In this document: positions 24,401 through 48,580 of the stretch, in pieces | Position numbering within the stretch: the first letter of the stretch is position 1 | How the letters are laid out: each line of letters opens with the position of its first letter | Program-made: the position numbers and the translations under genes | NCBI GenBank assembly: GCA_043228905.1 | Contig: JBHGNT010000016.1 | Location: forward strand, 8,866,001 to 8,930,000 | Length of the DNA: 64,000 nt | Direction of reading: 5' to 3' | DNA from: Azolla caroliniana | Taxonomy: Eukaryota > Plantae > Polypodiophyta | The notes under the pieces: generated by a model | What the model was told of the DNA's origin: nothing | Database searches by the model: none | Seen by the model: the letters and a program-made list of their open reading frames with translations, nothing else

Positions 24401-27400
24401 GCACAATTATATTTAAAGGGATTTTATATATTGATAGATAGATAAAACAACACCTTCAGATTCCTCCTTCAATGGAAGGTATCCTTAAGATACTACCCCC
24501 TTGCAAGCTCCATTATTCTTGGCTCTTGAATGATGTTTGATATTCATAAGAGAAAGCACTCACAAATCTTACTACAGATGTGTCAGCCTACCCATTGTTT
24601 ATCAAGAACCAGGAGAAGAAAGAAAGAACGATATATTAACATCCTTTAAGAGGCCAAAAGACCAAACAAGAGTTACATCTTAAGTGTTCTCTAATCTCTG
24701 AGAACAAATCAAAATAAAATAAATGTTACTAAGTAAACATAAAAGTTAATAAGACAAAAAGAGACTAAATTGTTATCGGCACATGTAAGTTTCGTAAGTC
24801 CGATATATTGTAACTTGTCTTCGAAAGATCTATAGCATAGGTCAATCCAGAAAGGAGAGGTCTCCGAAGAGAGAGAAGCACCTACAATAGTGGGAGATAA
24901 TGGCCTTTATCTATCGATAACAAGGGTGGTGAGATCGTGCATGGGGTTGGGGCCTATGAGTCTTTCTATGATGTAACAATCGATAAAAGAGAAATCAATA
25001 CAACCCAGTAAAATACTTTTCACAAAAAGGAATCCCAAATCCCACAAATATTAGATTCACAACTTTGTGTACAGGAAGAAATAATGATAAACATGGATTC
25101 AATTGGATCACACAATGACTCTGAAATTGTCAAAAGTGACTATGGCATGTGCTATGAGAGATGCCATTCTTTCCAACCCTCTTCATGATTTACAAAGGAA
25201 AAATCAAACACCAGAGGAAATTTCACCAAATTGAACCTCAAATCTGAAAACACTAATCAGAGTTCCGCTGACAATCTAAGATCTTCCAATTGCCGAAAAT
25301 TCAGAGTCTTATTAAAAGGAAAGAAGGGCTGAGCTGCTGCATTGACAAAATTATCATCAAACCATTACCAATAATCATATTCTTCACACTCAAAACACCC
25401 CTGACTTCAGCAAGTGCTTCAGCAAATTCTAAGTTCTTACAGCAGAAAATGCTTCAGTCAATATTGGCACGTTTTCAATGAAATGAAATCCTAACTCTTT
25501 GAGATGAACTTGATTATCCTCTGACACCTGATACTCTGCAGCATCTTTTCTATCAATAGATAAACTTGAATATAAAGTTAACCGCTTCCTATAGATGGTT
25601 CAATTTGAAACGCAAAAAAAGAATACTGGTCATGTGATTTCCCATGCATTTCCATGCAGTTTGAAATTTGAATGTGCTTCATTTAATAAAAATCATGCGA
25701 AGGTATAAAACTGTAGCATGAATAATCCTTATAAATTAGTTCAACAAACAAATCGGCAGTTCAAAAAACTTTCAATACATGTTTACACTATGCTTACACC
25801 TCATCCATATTCATAGTACATCTGTTCTACTACAAAATCTGGGCATCAATCATTTCCTCATAATTGAATCACTTACAAAACAACAATATTGATGCCCCTT
25901 AGCTTCCAAGGACACTTAGAGTGTTCCATAACAGTATAGTTGCAACTATGCTCTCATATTTCATCATAAAGTATTAAGAATTGCAAACTGGATACAATCT
26001 CAGTAGAATCATCCAGTTTACATTGCCACTGAATATCAAGCTAAGAAACATCCATGTTTCATTTTTCAATTGGTACTTACATTCACAACACAAAAACTGC
26101 AATCCAAGATATGCACTTTACAATAGCATATGCAGTTACTCAAAGGAAGAAAACGAAACCGAAAGAATGGAAATGAAGAATACAATTATGTAAAAGCAGC
26201 ATGTTGCAGTAACAAAGAAAAAGGAAAGACATCTCTTATCAATATATTAAACATTTTCAGGAACAACATTAAAAATGAATCATTCGAATTGCAACGTTTT
26301 TTTATTACACCTAAATACTTCAAGACAGTTTCTTCACCTCATGGAGCAGATACTCTCTTATTTGTTGCCAGCCTTCTCTTGTAAACCATCTATTCATGCA
26401 GTAGAGGAAGTAAGATTATTGAATTACCTAAATTAGAGAATGTATGCATACATTTATTTACACAAATAGGTGGATGTAATGATAAAACTTCATTAAATAG
26501 CATAAACAAACAGATACAGATCCTGATACACAAAAATTCCATGTTGAAGCAATGGAATGTTGGGGTAAAGGCCCTAAATGACCCCCTTATAGTGTGTACA
26601 TGTGTATAGGCCTATTTATAAAGGCCAATCGTCACTAACCACTTTTTCGTTATTTTTGGGCCAAGTTCAGTGTGAACTTGGCCAACCCTAAATGGGTCAA
26701 ATAAAACATAAGTTAAAAACTTTTGGATCTCACTTCAAAGGTGAGCTCCTCCAACTACTGCTCTCTATCTATCTTTTCTACCATAGTTCCACTATTGCAT
26801 CTAAAGGGCCTATACTAGGGTGAATCCTGAGTATTCCTTAGCCCGATTGACATCATTCCTAACCCTTACAATGGAATTGAGGCAAACTCTAGATTTCCTA
26901 TAAATTGAACATTAAAACCACTGGGATGTTTGTGCAACCATTTGACATAAGAAAAATATACCTCTGGAAAAATGGAAGACGAGATCGGGCACGATAAGGA
27001 TCAATCACTATTCCTGGACTCCCTTGATATAGTTTCATGCCCATCTGGAATCAAGTAGTAGTCCACACCTTCATTGCAATATCCAAAGGAGCTAATGCAA
27101 TAGGACTCTAAATAGCACACATTGAAGAACGAGAATATTACTTGCCGTTGAAGATGTGGTGGTGGTGATGCAATCCGTGCAAAACCTCGGTCTTTCATCA
27201 AGAAAGGTGTCATCCTATACAGCTGCAAATCCATGGAGAAAACCAAAACTAAAAACCGAAGAATTCATTGGATAGCATATAAATTTTAGTTTTTCATATA
27301 TTACAGATTTCAAAATGTGATCACAATCTAGAAAATGAACTTGCAGAAAAAGCACATCACGGTTTTTCTATGTAACAAATGAACAAAAAATAAACAACTT

Positions 27401-29677
27401 TTATAGGGATCCTCAGAAAAAAAGCACGTACAGAAACTATTTGTTGTCACAGGCGAAGAAGTCATTTATGGCTTGAAGTAAATACCAAGCAAAGGGAAAT
27501 AAATGCTACCAGACCCAATATCAAATCTAAAGTGTTATATAACACCTCTCAATATTATTTCATGATTAATGTGATGATGTAATGTGGATGATCTTTTCTT
27601 TATAGGTTCCAAAATGTGGGGTGGGCGCAGTTCATTTTGCAATCAACAGAAATCATTTGAAATTATTTGATTTTCGTAGGGCTTTGTGTGTTACCCACTT
27701 CTGTTTGAGATTCAGCCAATACCAGGAAACTCTATTCTTGAGACACTAAAGCAGAAGAGACTATCTATAGAATATTTCAGATACCTGTATTGTCACCATT
27801 ACTTTCATAATGCGTAAGACAAAATACAATCAAATATACGTGTCAAAGCTATGTGTCTTTATGTGCAATGAACATTTGCATCCATGCATATATCAGATGT
27901 ACGCGTAGCATTGTTTTTATCATGTGTACAGGAACCAATAAAATATATGCAACATGTATAAGATAGATCCAAATATAGTTTATATACACACATATATATA
28001 TACAAACATACACTTTAATATATTACGTAATGATTTATATCCATTTTTATCAATCTAGTATAGGGTTAGAAGATGAGTGAAACTTTCTTTCTTAGAAATT
28101 TTGACTGTTCATTGCTTTCACATTGAATACCATTATACATGTTATGGCAGATTGAAGGACCTTCCATTGTCAAATGTACTCACCAGAACTTCGTTTGGTT
28201 GTGCAGTGCTGGAGAAGAGACCACTCATACATCTAGCAGATTTAAGGATACCCATATTACCTCCAGTCGAGGAATAATTTCTAACTAACCACCTTGTCGA
28301 TTCATTGATACCTGATTGGGTTTCATAAGGCATTGTGTTATTTCTAATGATAGATCTTCTTGACAGAAGGATATCTGTAAAAGAGAATGATATAAATATC
28401 AGGAAAGCTAAGTAGGTTAGATTACCAGAATGATCACAAAATATATCAAAGTTAGGTTTAGACTACATGACAATACATAATTTCAGATACAATATTTATG
28501 CTGCGACCAAATATGACATTTCTCTACAATCCTATGTATCTCATAAAGAAAATTTGAAAATAACATTTTATTCCATGATATGTGAGAGATCTTACAACCC
28601 TAAATGTAACAAAAAACCTGTCAAATTTAGGTAGAGAAAAGAGATGGAAACAGATGTGATGTGTCTCTCTCTCCCTCTTCCACTTCCACTTTTTTATTTT
28701 GTTAGGGCTTATACCCTTGACACTGCAAGCATCTCCTTGTATCACGACATTCCTCATCATACCAACTATTTTGTATCACTCTACCAAGTTTGGGGGGATT
28801 GGTTGTTGTGTGCGGAAAGGCATTTGTGGCTGCTTTATGCAATGATTTTGACAATCCTAGGGTAACTTCATCAAGGATCCAAATCTAGCATGCCATTGTA
28901 TACTCCACAACTATACATATCAATTGTCTCGCAAGTAAATCGACACCTTGCCTGCCCACTACTATGAAAAAAAAAGAATTATTTTCTCACAACGAGACTA
29001 TGCATTCAACTACATTCGTGGTATCATCTGAGGAAATTGTGTGCTAAAAACATGGCTAGCCACTAGGATATATAGCCCTGATAGGAAACAAGTAAAAAAG
29101 AAAAGAAATTGAAAATTAAATGAGAAAATATGCGTCATTATCACTTCTTCAAAAAGACTAAAGAGACCATAAATTACCTTCATTCTAACAAGAAGCAAAA
29201 ATATACAAACCATAAGCTACAAAGTTATGTTAGAGAAGGAGAAGAACAACGAGGATATGAGCAAATACAATCAAAATTGATAGAAAATAAAAATAAAAAA
29301 TAAAACTAACAAGAAATTGCTAAGATCTCTATCTTGGTGGGAGGGGCAATCACTCTCTGAAGTAATAATTGGGTTGAAATTTTCGTCAAATTTCCATTTT
29401 ATTTTATTCTGAATCGAAATATTTATTGATGGTAAACGCCTGAATTTCTGGTAATGCCTATTTCTTTTTTCTTTTTATTTTCTTTTATTTTTAAAGGGGG
29501 ATGGGGAGGGTTGGGGGGGCTTCAGAATTTCATGGTTTTTCATCACAGAGTTCTACGAAGAAGTTACATGAATTGGAGAATTTAAACAGTTTAATACAAG
29601 CATGGAAGTAGAGAAATCAGGTACGTACCAGGCTTCTGGGAGAGGACGAGCTTTCGGGCGAGTGAAGAAAGAGCCAT
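21401..29677 (-). CDS. Mitochondrial Tim44-domain protein (mL45/MRPL45-like, At5g27395-type)
   Basis: Eleven exons (approximately 29677-29629, 28374-28184, 27222-27142, 27043-26961, 26389-26338, 23973-23881, 22886-22818, 22680-22582, 22449-22381, 22251-22195, 21487-21401) give MALSSLARKLVLSQKP...SPGIVIDPYRARSRLPFFQRWFTREGW...LKSAYAIAKLRQKAGY...KNELKQREAVW...AYIQLTL...IVVEDIWVFE...WHLCARITL*; the N-terminus looks like a mitochondrial presequence. Confidence 0.88.
24615..24990 (-). mobile_element. RTE-like LINE 3' end remnant in an intron
   Basis: Clearly alignable by eye to 41790-42180 (GATATATTAAC..TTTAAGAGGCCAAAA..TTACATCTTAAGTG..GGCACATGT..GATAATGGC). Confidence 0.75.
26558..26870 (-). mobile_element. 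313-bp solo LTR in an intron of the Tim44-domain gene
   Basis: TGTT...TACA ends flanked by the direct repeat ATGGAA on both sides; reverse TATA (CCTATTTATA) inside. Confidence 0.72.
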
Positions 29678-29749
29678 GGATCCTTCTTTCCGTCTGTCTG
29701 GCCTTGTCTCGTCTCTGTATTCTTCTTCTTCATAAACCCCGAAACAAAT

Positions 29750-29880
29750 CAAAAACCCAAACATTCCCAAATTTACAAACATATACCCAAACATTCCAAA
29801 AATTTACAAACATAAACCCCAAACATTCCAAAATTTACAAACATAAACCCCAAACATTACAAAATTTACAAATATATCCC
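29750..29880. repeat. About four copies of a ~30-bp tandem repeat just upstream of the Tim44-domain gene start
   Basis: Unit AAACATAAACCCCAAACATTCCAAAATTTAC. Confidence 0.9.
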
Positions 29881-30397
29881 CATTCCCTCCTTCCTTCCTT
29901 CATTCAATTCTTGTGTTGGACAATCTCTCACAATTATCTTCTTTTTGAGCTTTCCACATCATTCTCCATTTGCACATCCCTAAACCCTAAACAATTTGGT
30001 TTCAAGCTATCTAAGTTTAACATTCTCGAACCAAACCAAACCGTTGCCAATGGTTAAACGAAACCAACCCCAATTTATTCTAGAATATTTCATGAAATTT
30101 CGCTACCTTTACTCAAACCAATGTATTGAACTAAGCCACCGTGTTTAGCCAAGTTTCAACTTTAGTGACCGTTTCATACTCATAGTCCTTTAGAAATCTT
30201 GTGATGTCTTCACCTAAAATTAGTAAATCTTTAGAATAACAAATCACATAACAAGTGTCAACTCGCTTTCCAATCGATTAGCCGCACTTTACATTTGTAT
30301 CATTCAACTCATCGTGGCCATCATGAAATTGACCATGTCTACATTGAATCCGCTCTCAATAATTTCTACTATGGAAGACCCCCCCCCTTGTTGACAC

Positions 30398-30680
30398 TTC
30401 ACGTTGGGTTCACCAAAATTTGTCCCGTAGGTCATGGTCGTTGTGCTAAATCCCTAGGATTTAATTAACGGGTGATTGTAGAAGTAAACTATATGGTTGG
30501 GGGAAAGATAATGGGATTATGCAAAATTGATGCCAAAGAGGATGAAGCCTGAAGGGAAAACTAAATGCTTTTATTACTTGAATATATGTATCAATTTACA
30601 CCACTTAAATGATAACAGTTTAATCATCTCAAGAATTTAAGGTGGCTGAACTTACACCTCTCATATACATATGTGTAAGG
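30398..30680 (-). mobile_element. Degenerate LTR end with tRNA-Trp PBS
   Basis: TTCACGTTGGGTTCACCA (30398-30415) is the reverse complement of a near-perfect Trp PBS, followed by TGTCCCG (an LTR end on the minus strand). The far boundary is uncertain. Confidence 0.5.
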
Positions 30681-31714
30681 AGGGAGATTTGAACTCTTGC
30701 TTATCACTTCACAAGTGAAAGCTCTTGCAACAAGCTCTCTCTATTGTTTCGTGCACCTCACATTCACACTCTTGTTTCCTATTGTTATTGCTTTCTTCTT
30801 CACTTCCCTACTAAGCCTATTTGTCGGTCCCAAAATTCAACCAATTTCATCTCATAAAGTGTGAGCTTCAAGACAACAGTGTTTGAGAACAAGGTAATTG
30901 AGGTTAGAGACTAAAGAGCGATTGACAATAACTCTTGCCGGACTTATCATCCATAGGGTATTATATGGTGGTTCGTACCCCTTGGCTTACAATATTGGCA
31001 TCTATTAGTACAAATGTGGGCTCGATGAGAACACCTTGAGCCAACATGAACATCCCTTCAAGAATGATTGGATACAAGTTAAATTTGAACAATGCAATAA
31101 ATACACTAATCAAAATCTTCCAACATTAAGAATCATTCACCTAATCCATATATGATCAAACCTTCTTCTTATTGCTTTCTTATATGATTATTTGAACTTA
31201 ATTTGATACAAGCCACATCAAACATTCATGAAATCTTGATCAACTTTCATCATTGCAATGTATTGTGAAATGGCAAGGTTTCAAGAAAACCATTATCCAA
31301 ACTCAACACTAGAGCTTGTCCAAGCAAAAAAGGATGTAAAGAAGTCCAAATCCCAGAAGAAGCCAATCAAGAAATACTTTGAACAATTTTTTTGATAAAC
31401 AAGTATGCAAGACATATGGAGAGTGGGAGAGAATGAAATGGAAAACACATTAATGTAGACTAGAGTCCAAATTCCTCATATGAGAAAACTCTTGATTATA
31501 AATATGAGTGAATTCATGTTACCATTGTAGAACAGAAAATAAAAACTTTAGGTTTCCTAATGAGCCATCATAATGATTTTAATGTGCGTTGTGGAATGAT
31601 TCAACAATGGTTTACAAAGATGATTTATGTATGGGATGAGTAGCAATGTGGGGGTACAAGGTATCCAAACTAGTTAGTTGGTGTGGTGGAGGACGTCTAT
31701 AACAAGGTTTACCC

Positions 31715-32380
31715 AATGCATCTAGGTGACGGTATGGGCCATGTGCTTTGTATCCTAGTATTCATGGTCAAATGTTGCTTGACTTGCTTTGTGGTGACAT
31801 ATCAACACATTGTTAATGTAGATAAGGGCCTATGGAAGAAGTTAGTGATGGTATGGGCCATGTGCCTTGTATCCTAGTATTCATGGTCAAATGTTCATCG
31901 ACTCGGTCTACTATGACATATCAACACATTGTCAATGTCAACGTGGATCTCCATGATGTGGTGATGGTATGGTTTCTATGCCTTGTATCCTTGTATTCAT
32001 GGTCAAATGTTCCTCGACTCGTGTAATGATGACATATCAACACATTTTCAATGTCGACATGGATCTCCATGATGTGGTAATAGTATGGCCCATGTGTCTT
32101 GTATCCTAGTCATTATGGTCAAATGTTCCTTGTCTCGCTCTACGGTAACATATCAACACATTGTCAATGTCAACGTGGATCTCATAACATATCAACACAT
32201 TGTCAATGGCAACGTGGATCTCATAACATATCAACACATTGTCAATGTCAATGTGGATATCCATGATATGGTGACGGTATAGCCCATGTGCATTGTATCC
32301 TAGTATTTATGGTTGAATGTTCCTCATCACACTCTATAGTAACATATCAACACATTGTCAATGTAGATGTGGGCCTATGG
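31715..32380. repeat. Tandem array of ~117-bp units with internal ~39-bp subrepeats
   Basis: Repeated GTATGGCCCATGTGCCTTGTATCCTAGTATTCATGGTCAAATGTT...ACATATCAACACATTGTCAATGTC. Confidence 0.9.
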
Positions 32381-35085
32381 TACAATTGTACAATTGTTTG
32401 TGGCATAGTATAAGTGTTGATCCCCTATTCTTTTGAATTTAAGCTAGCTTTAGCTTAAGTGTTTTAGTTCAACCTTCTCATTATCTACCAAATGGTAGTG
32501 AAGTCTACATAGAGGGTGGCATTCTTCTCTTCAATGTGCTTGTAAGCTGGCATCTTCACACCAATTGTTTCTCACTCTTGACATTTCTTTCGCATAATTT
32601 GCAAAATCTTTGAGCTTGAGATGTGTGAAATGTTTATCTTTCTTTGGCTTCTAGATGGCAAGAGAAAACTTTTAAGTCAAACCATTACTTTGCAACCACT
32701 ATGGGGCATTTAGATGTTCATGTATGTTAGTCTTTATATAAATCTATCTTGTGAGATGTCATGAAATGATATATGTAGCAACACATCTTTCTGGGAAGAG
32801 GCTACCTTAGTGTGATCCAAGTCTTTTGGATATATAGTTTCCATAAGGTTTACAAGTTTTACTTACATACAACTTGTTCCATACATAATTTTGGAAGAGT
32901 GTATAAACTTGGAAGATTGACGAGTTCTCTATGATGAGTTCATTGTTGTTGAATCACTTCATCTTCTATGGGTATCACATTCCTTCTCCATGTTCTAATG
33001 TGGATATTTCCACTTTCTAGAATAATGCACAAACCATTCTAGGAAGTATGGGCCAACTAACTCAAATGATCTCATGTGGATTGGAAGCTTTGCATAATTT
33101 TGAATGCACTATTTTCATCCACTCGTGGATGGGGAGTCCTAGAGCCCAAATGGTTGCAATATACATGACAATAAGGTTGGACATGGTCTCAAATAACCAT
33201 ACTTTGGTGTGTACCTCCTACAAGTATTCACCATACCAATGTCACTCTAGCAATAGAGAGATAATAGCCATAGTCAATCAATTCATGATAGGTTGGATCA
33301 CAGAGCATTGCTTAAGCATGCTTGTAAATGTGACTCCTACATTAACATAGGAATTCACTACCTTAACTTGTCCTCTTGGTAGGATGAGATAACAAGTAGG
33401 TTATTCAAAATGAATCCATAGAAGATTCTAGCCTTAAGTTTTTCTCATGTTAGGTTTATTGACATCTTGTTTTAACAAACAATCTAAGGAATTGAGATGG
33501 TGTTGGAAAACTATATCTAATTAAGGGATTGACATCATGTCATTATTGTAGAGAAGCATATGGATGGGTGTACCAAATATGTCAATTCCTTTGACATCTC
33601 CATGTGCAATCTCCTATCTCATCAATATAGAGGCCAATGAAGATAACATATTGATAGTCCTCATAAACACCTAACTCATCCAAACTTGTGCCCATACACT
33701 TGGAAGACTCTATGGGGTCATGAGGTTGTCAAAAACACACAAGATGTTGTGGACAAAGAAGACTATTCCACCATCAAGAAAGGATGACAATTCAACAAAC
33801 ATGGGTCTAAACCGTTCAAAGATAATTGGCATGTCATCAAATTCATTAATCACATAAATGAAGGGTTAATCACACAAAAAAAGCTCCCATGGGTCTTTGA
33901 AAGAGGAAGCTCGAGGTCTCAAAATTGTATGGTACAAACCTTGCCCTCTTTGGGGCATGAACATTCTCATTTACTTCCAAATTGTTTATTGTGTAATTTA
34001 ACCAAGACTTTTGTATGATGTTAATACATCTTTCACATTCCACGCTATATTATTGAATTTGGGGCACATTCCTATGAATGTGGCATCTCAAGAGACATGC
34101 TGAAACTTTCTGCTAGTTCACGGATGAAATGAATGATTGTCTGTGTATGGGATCAAGGTTGGTGAAGTATGTGTGAAGTGAATGATTGTGCATGGGGACT
34201 GTGTTGGCTGCATGCAAATGTACGTACATGTGGAGGTGTAGGAGATATTAATTGTGAAGAGTGATATTTTATTGATTGTAGCAAAGGCCACAGTTGAGAG
34301 ATCATGCTGCTGCAAAATTCAATATTGATGACCAGAGAGTTAGAACACTAAATTCATGTGCTCAATAGATAGTGGCACAAATCCGCTAGAACAAAGCTGA
34401 CTGTATAGAAAAACAAATATTTCGTTTCAATGGCCAATTGAACAGAACAGAATATTATGCACAGCTTGGGAGATAGTCTGATGGCAGTGAGGAAGTACAG
34501 AATTAAGGCACTGTCATACAAGGTTGACTTATCACAATGGATCCTCGGGGGACATTTGATATGCCTAACAAACAAGAATGTTCTAATAGAGCCCTTTTAT
34601 ATGCTTTGCACAGGGAGCAGCATAAAGGTTGTGCAATCCCCTCATGAGCAGTCATAGTTTGGTTTTACTGTAGCTGTATATAATAACAGTTGTAACCATG
34701 ACAAAGATGTTACAATATATAAACAAAATAACCACATCAATGTCAGCATAAGTAGCTGCTGAAAAACCGAATCTATTGACCAGGGCGTTATGTTAGTGTC
34801 CAAAGAATAGCTTCATGAATATAAAATTCCTATGGAATAGTCTTCAAAGGGTTATAATATATTGCCGAGGTTGTTGAAATGGCCATTCTTGAAATTTTGA
34901 GGTAATTTACTTAAACAACACTACAGAAGAGCATACGAGCACAAGAACTAGAGCACTTACAAAACATTCATAGAAAACCTGGTCAATTTGCTAAAGCATG
35001 TGTCCACGCATGACTTCATTAAATCTATTATACACATTGGTGGGTGCCTGTCCCACATCAATATTTCTTCATCCTAAAAGTAATG

Positions 35086-45857
<10,772 letters not shown>

Positions 45858-46459
45858 AGCTTATTTAGAAACAAGAAGAAGAAAAGGAGCCGCTAGAAGA
45901 TGATCTGAGAGGAAATAAACGGGAAAGAAAGGTGGCCGCTTCCGGCGTTTCTGAAACGGGGACGTTTCCCAGTGAAACGGGGAGAGGGGAGACGGAGTTT
46001 CAGAAGAGAATAGAAGCAAACCGAAGATGTGCGATGATGATCAGAATGATGATGAGTCGACGAGGTGGAAGAAGAAGAAGAAGAAACAGAAAAAGAGCTT
46101 GATCTGAGGTCTTCTGCAGCTTCCATGGAAAGCTTGGAAAGGAGGAAAAGGGGGAGAAAAGGGCAAAGCATTTATTTATTTTTAACTGAAAAATCAAGTT
46201 TAAAACATTTGTTTATTTATCTGCTTTTTTCTTCAATTATTTATTTTTTTCTTTGCTGGTTTTTATGTGATTCGTTTATTTATTTACTAAAATACCTCAA
46301 TTTCCTGACCACAATATTTGAGGTTGGTTCTACACTTTGGCAGTAAGAGAGTCTTGTCAGCTTGTCACTGAGACATATAGATAGACAGGCAGACAAACAA
46401 ATATGTATGTATACGAATGGATGGACGGACGGAGACTGAATCAGGGAGACGTAGTTGGC

Positions 46460-46890
46460 ATTCTAATTTGCCATCTCTAGCGAAAGGGTCTTCATTCGGA
46501 AAGTATTGATTGGGGATGTTTGTCTTTAGGGTTAACTCTAATTAGATGTAGACTAGCATACATGCTCTTTTGCACTTTGCTCAAATTGGAAGATAGTATT
46601 CATTGTTTCATATTGTGTCTGATTGCTCATCGGATTTGGAGTTACATGCCTCATATTTGCCGAGTTTTGTCATGCCGTTATTTGACACCGAGACAATGGG
46701 TGTTCCCACAATTCACATAGGTTGATCCCAAATTAAAGATGGAAACCATTTCCAAACTCTGTGATATTGGGGATTGCTTCATAATTGGGATATGCACAAT
46801 GCTTTTGCATTTGATGGTAGGCATGGAGTTAGGGTATACTCTAGAAGTTGGGTATATCTCTAGAAGTTGAAGGGAGTATTAATGTGCAAT
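46460..46890 (+). mobile_element. L1-clade LINE zf-RVT fragment
   Basis: Degenerate copy alignable to 51420-51830 and 54645-55070 (KVFIWRVLIGG..., CHI, QQWVF). Confidence 0.7.
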
Positions 46891-47254
46891 TTTGTTTATC
46901 GGAACAAATCAAAATTATCTCCTCGGTGGGGTAATTCAACATGTCAAACTATTCGTGTCTTGGTGAGAGAGAGAGGGAGAGAGAGAGAGAGCCCAACAAG
47001 AGACACATCATATTGGATTGTAGACATCCACAATGAGATCAATTCGAAGACAACTAACTTAAAAAAAACACCATAAAGTCAACAACTTGTGGTTGCCCAA
47101 AGACATTATGTTTTCATTACTTGCCCAAGTATTCAAATAATCTAAGGCAATATAAAATAAGTAATGGCATTGCCTCGTGCATATTAGGAGATAGTCCAAA
47201 CAACCAAAAGGATTCCGTGAACAATGTGTTTGGAAACTCGAGCTTAAATATTGC

Positions 47255-47842
47255 ATTAGCAACGGTTTAGTTTGAGATTGAACCAAGTTGGAAAAAAATG
47301 TAATTTCACAATTTATCTAGTTTGGTTTGGTTTTGTTCATGTTTAGAAATTTACAAACTGTTCAGTTTGGGTTCGATTTGACTTAGGGATTCAATAGTTT
47401 GATTTGGGCCTTTGTTGGCTTAACTAGTTGCAATTTAAGTCATTGCTGCTTATTTTGGGTTTACGACATTTCTGAATTCCGAATTAACTTTAGAAGTTAA
47501 GTGACTTATTGATATAATAAACTATGACATTTGAGATCCAATATTTTCTTCTTTCCCTAGTTTATAAGTGGTAGACTTTTTGGTTTGAAAACTCTTTGTT
47601 AAAGAATTGTGCAAAAGGTAACACAAATAATTTGTTCGCACCAAAATCTCACCATGAAACCCCGGCCTAAGGGTTTGTAAATCTCTTGAACCATGTGGCT
47701 TGAGCTTTGAAATCCCTCAATTGGTTTGGTTTGAATGATTCGGTTCAACGGTTTCATAGCTCGGTTCATGTTTGGTTTAAGTTTTAAAATTTTTAAATGG
47801 TTTGAGTTTGAGATTCTCAAACTAAACCAAACCATTGCCAAT
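47255..47842. mobile_element. MITE-like element with AAACC/GGTTT subterminal motifs
   Basis: Imperfect inverted ends ATTAGCAACGGTTTAGTTTGAG and CTCAAACTAAACC(AAACC)ATTGCCAAT; related sequence at about 29980-30070 and 59840-60080. Confidence 0.55.
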
Positions 47843-48349
47843 TGTTACACACATATTAAATGTTCTAGTTTATGGGCAAGTCCATAACGATTGGATCATT
47901 GTTTTTGCCCATTTATATGATATCTCAAACAAAGACAATGACTACTTCTCCTTTTCTCAAGTGGGGATCTTATTGGAAGTATGTGAAATAAACATCACCA
48001 CAAGAACACACTTTGTTTAAGCAACTTCCTTGATTTTAGAAGTTTAAAATGTCTTTTCTTCAACCATCCCTCAAATTTAGTAATTTGCCAAATACCATTA
48101 TTGCGTGTGTCGTTTTGTTTTTGAAATTAATTAATTGTTGTATAGATATATTTGTTTTGTTTAACTATATACTTAGTAGTTTTCTATTATGAATATCATC
48201 ATCATCATCATTATAGTAAGTCCTATTCTCCTTTCTCATGCAAAGCAAATCACTCCCCAATTCCCTCACAAGTTTACTTATGCGAAGGAAAGGTCATCTT
48301 AATAAGCTATCAAAAGCCACTAATTAGTTGGTCGATTTAGTAACAACAA

Positions 48350-48580
48350 ATGTCACACATACTTGACATCGTATATAGTGAATGGAAGGTCTATTAACAT
48401 GCCATTTGAGAGTTGGATGAAACCATTGGCCGTTTGGAGTTTTACTTGTGTATGAACCATCTTAGTGCTATCCCACTTTTGCCAACATTTGTCATTTATA
48501 ATACAAACTCTTGTTCCAGTATCAAGTACCGCTAGAGTGATGTCACCATTTACCTTATCGGGAGTGTGCAATTGGTATCA
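48350..48580 (-). mobile_element. Gypsy aspartic protease remnant
   Basis: TLAVLDTGTRVCII..CW...KLQTANG..Q..G, followed by YQKPLI-like remnants. Confidence 0.6.

Noticed and set aside
31715-32380. Regularly spaced repeats suggesting a CRISPR-like array
   Set aside because: The intervening sequences are themselves copies of one another, so this is a simple tandem repeat in eukaryotic DNA with no cas genes.
30840-34080. Possible decayed coding or transposon sequence around the tandem array
   Set aside because: CpG-depleted and TE-like, but no motif could be recognised confidently.
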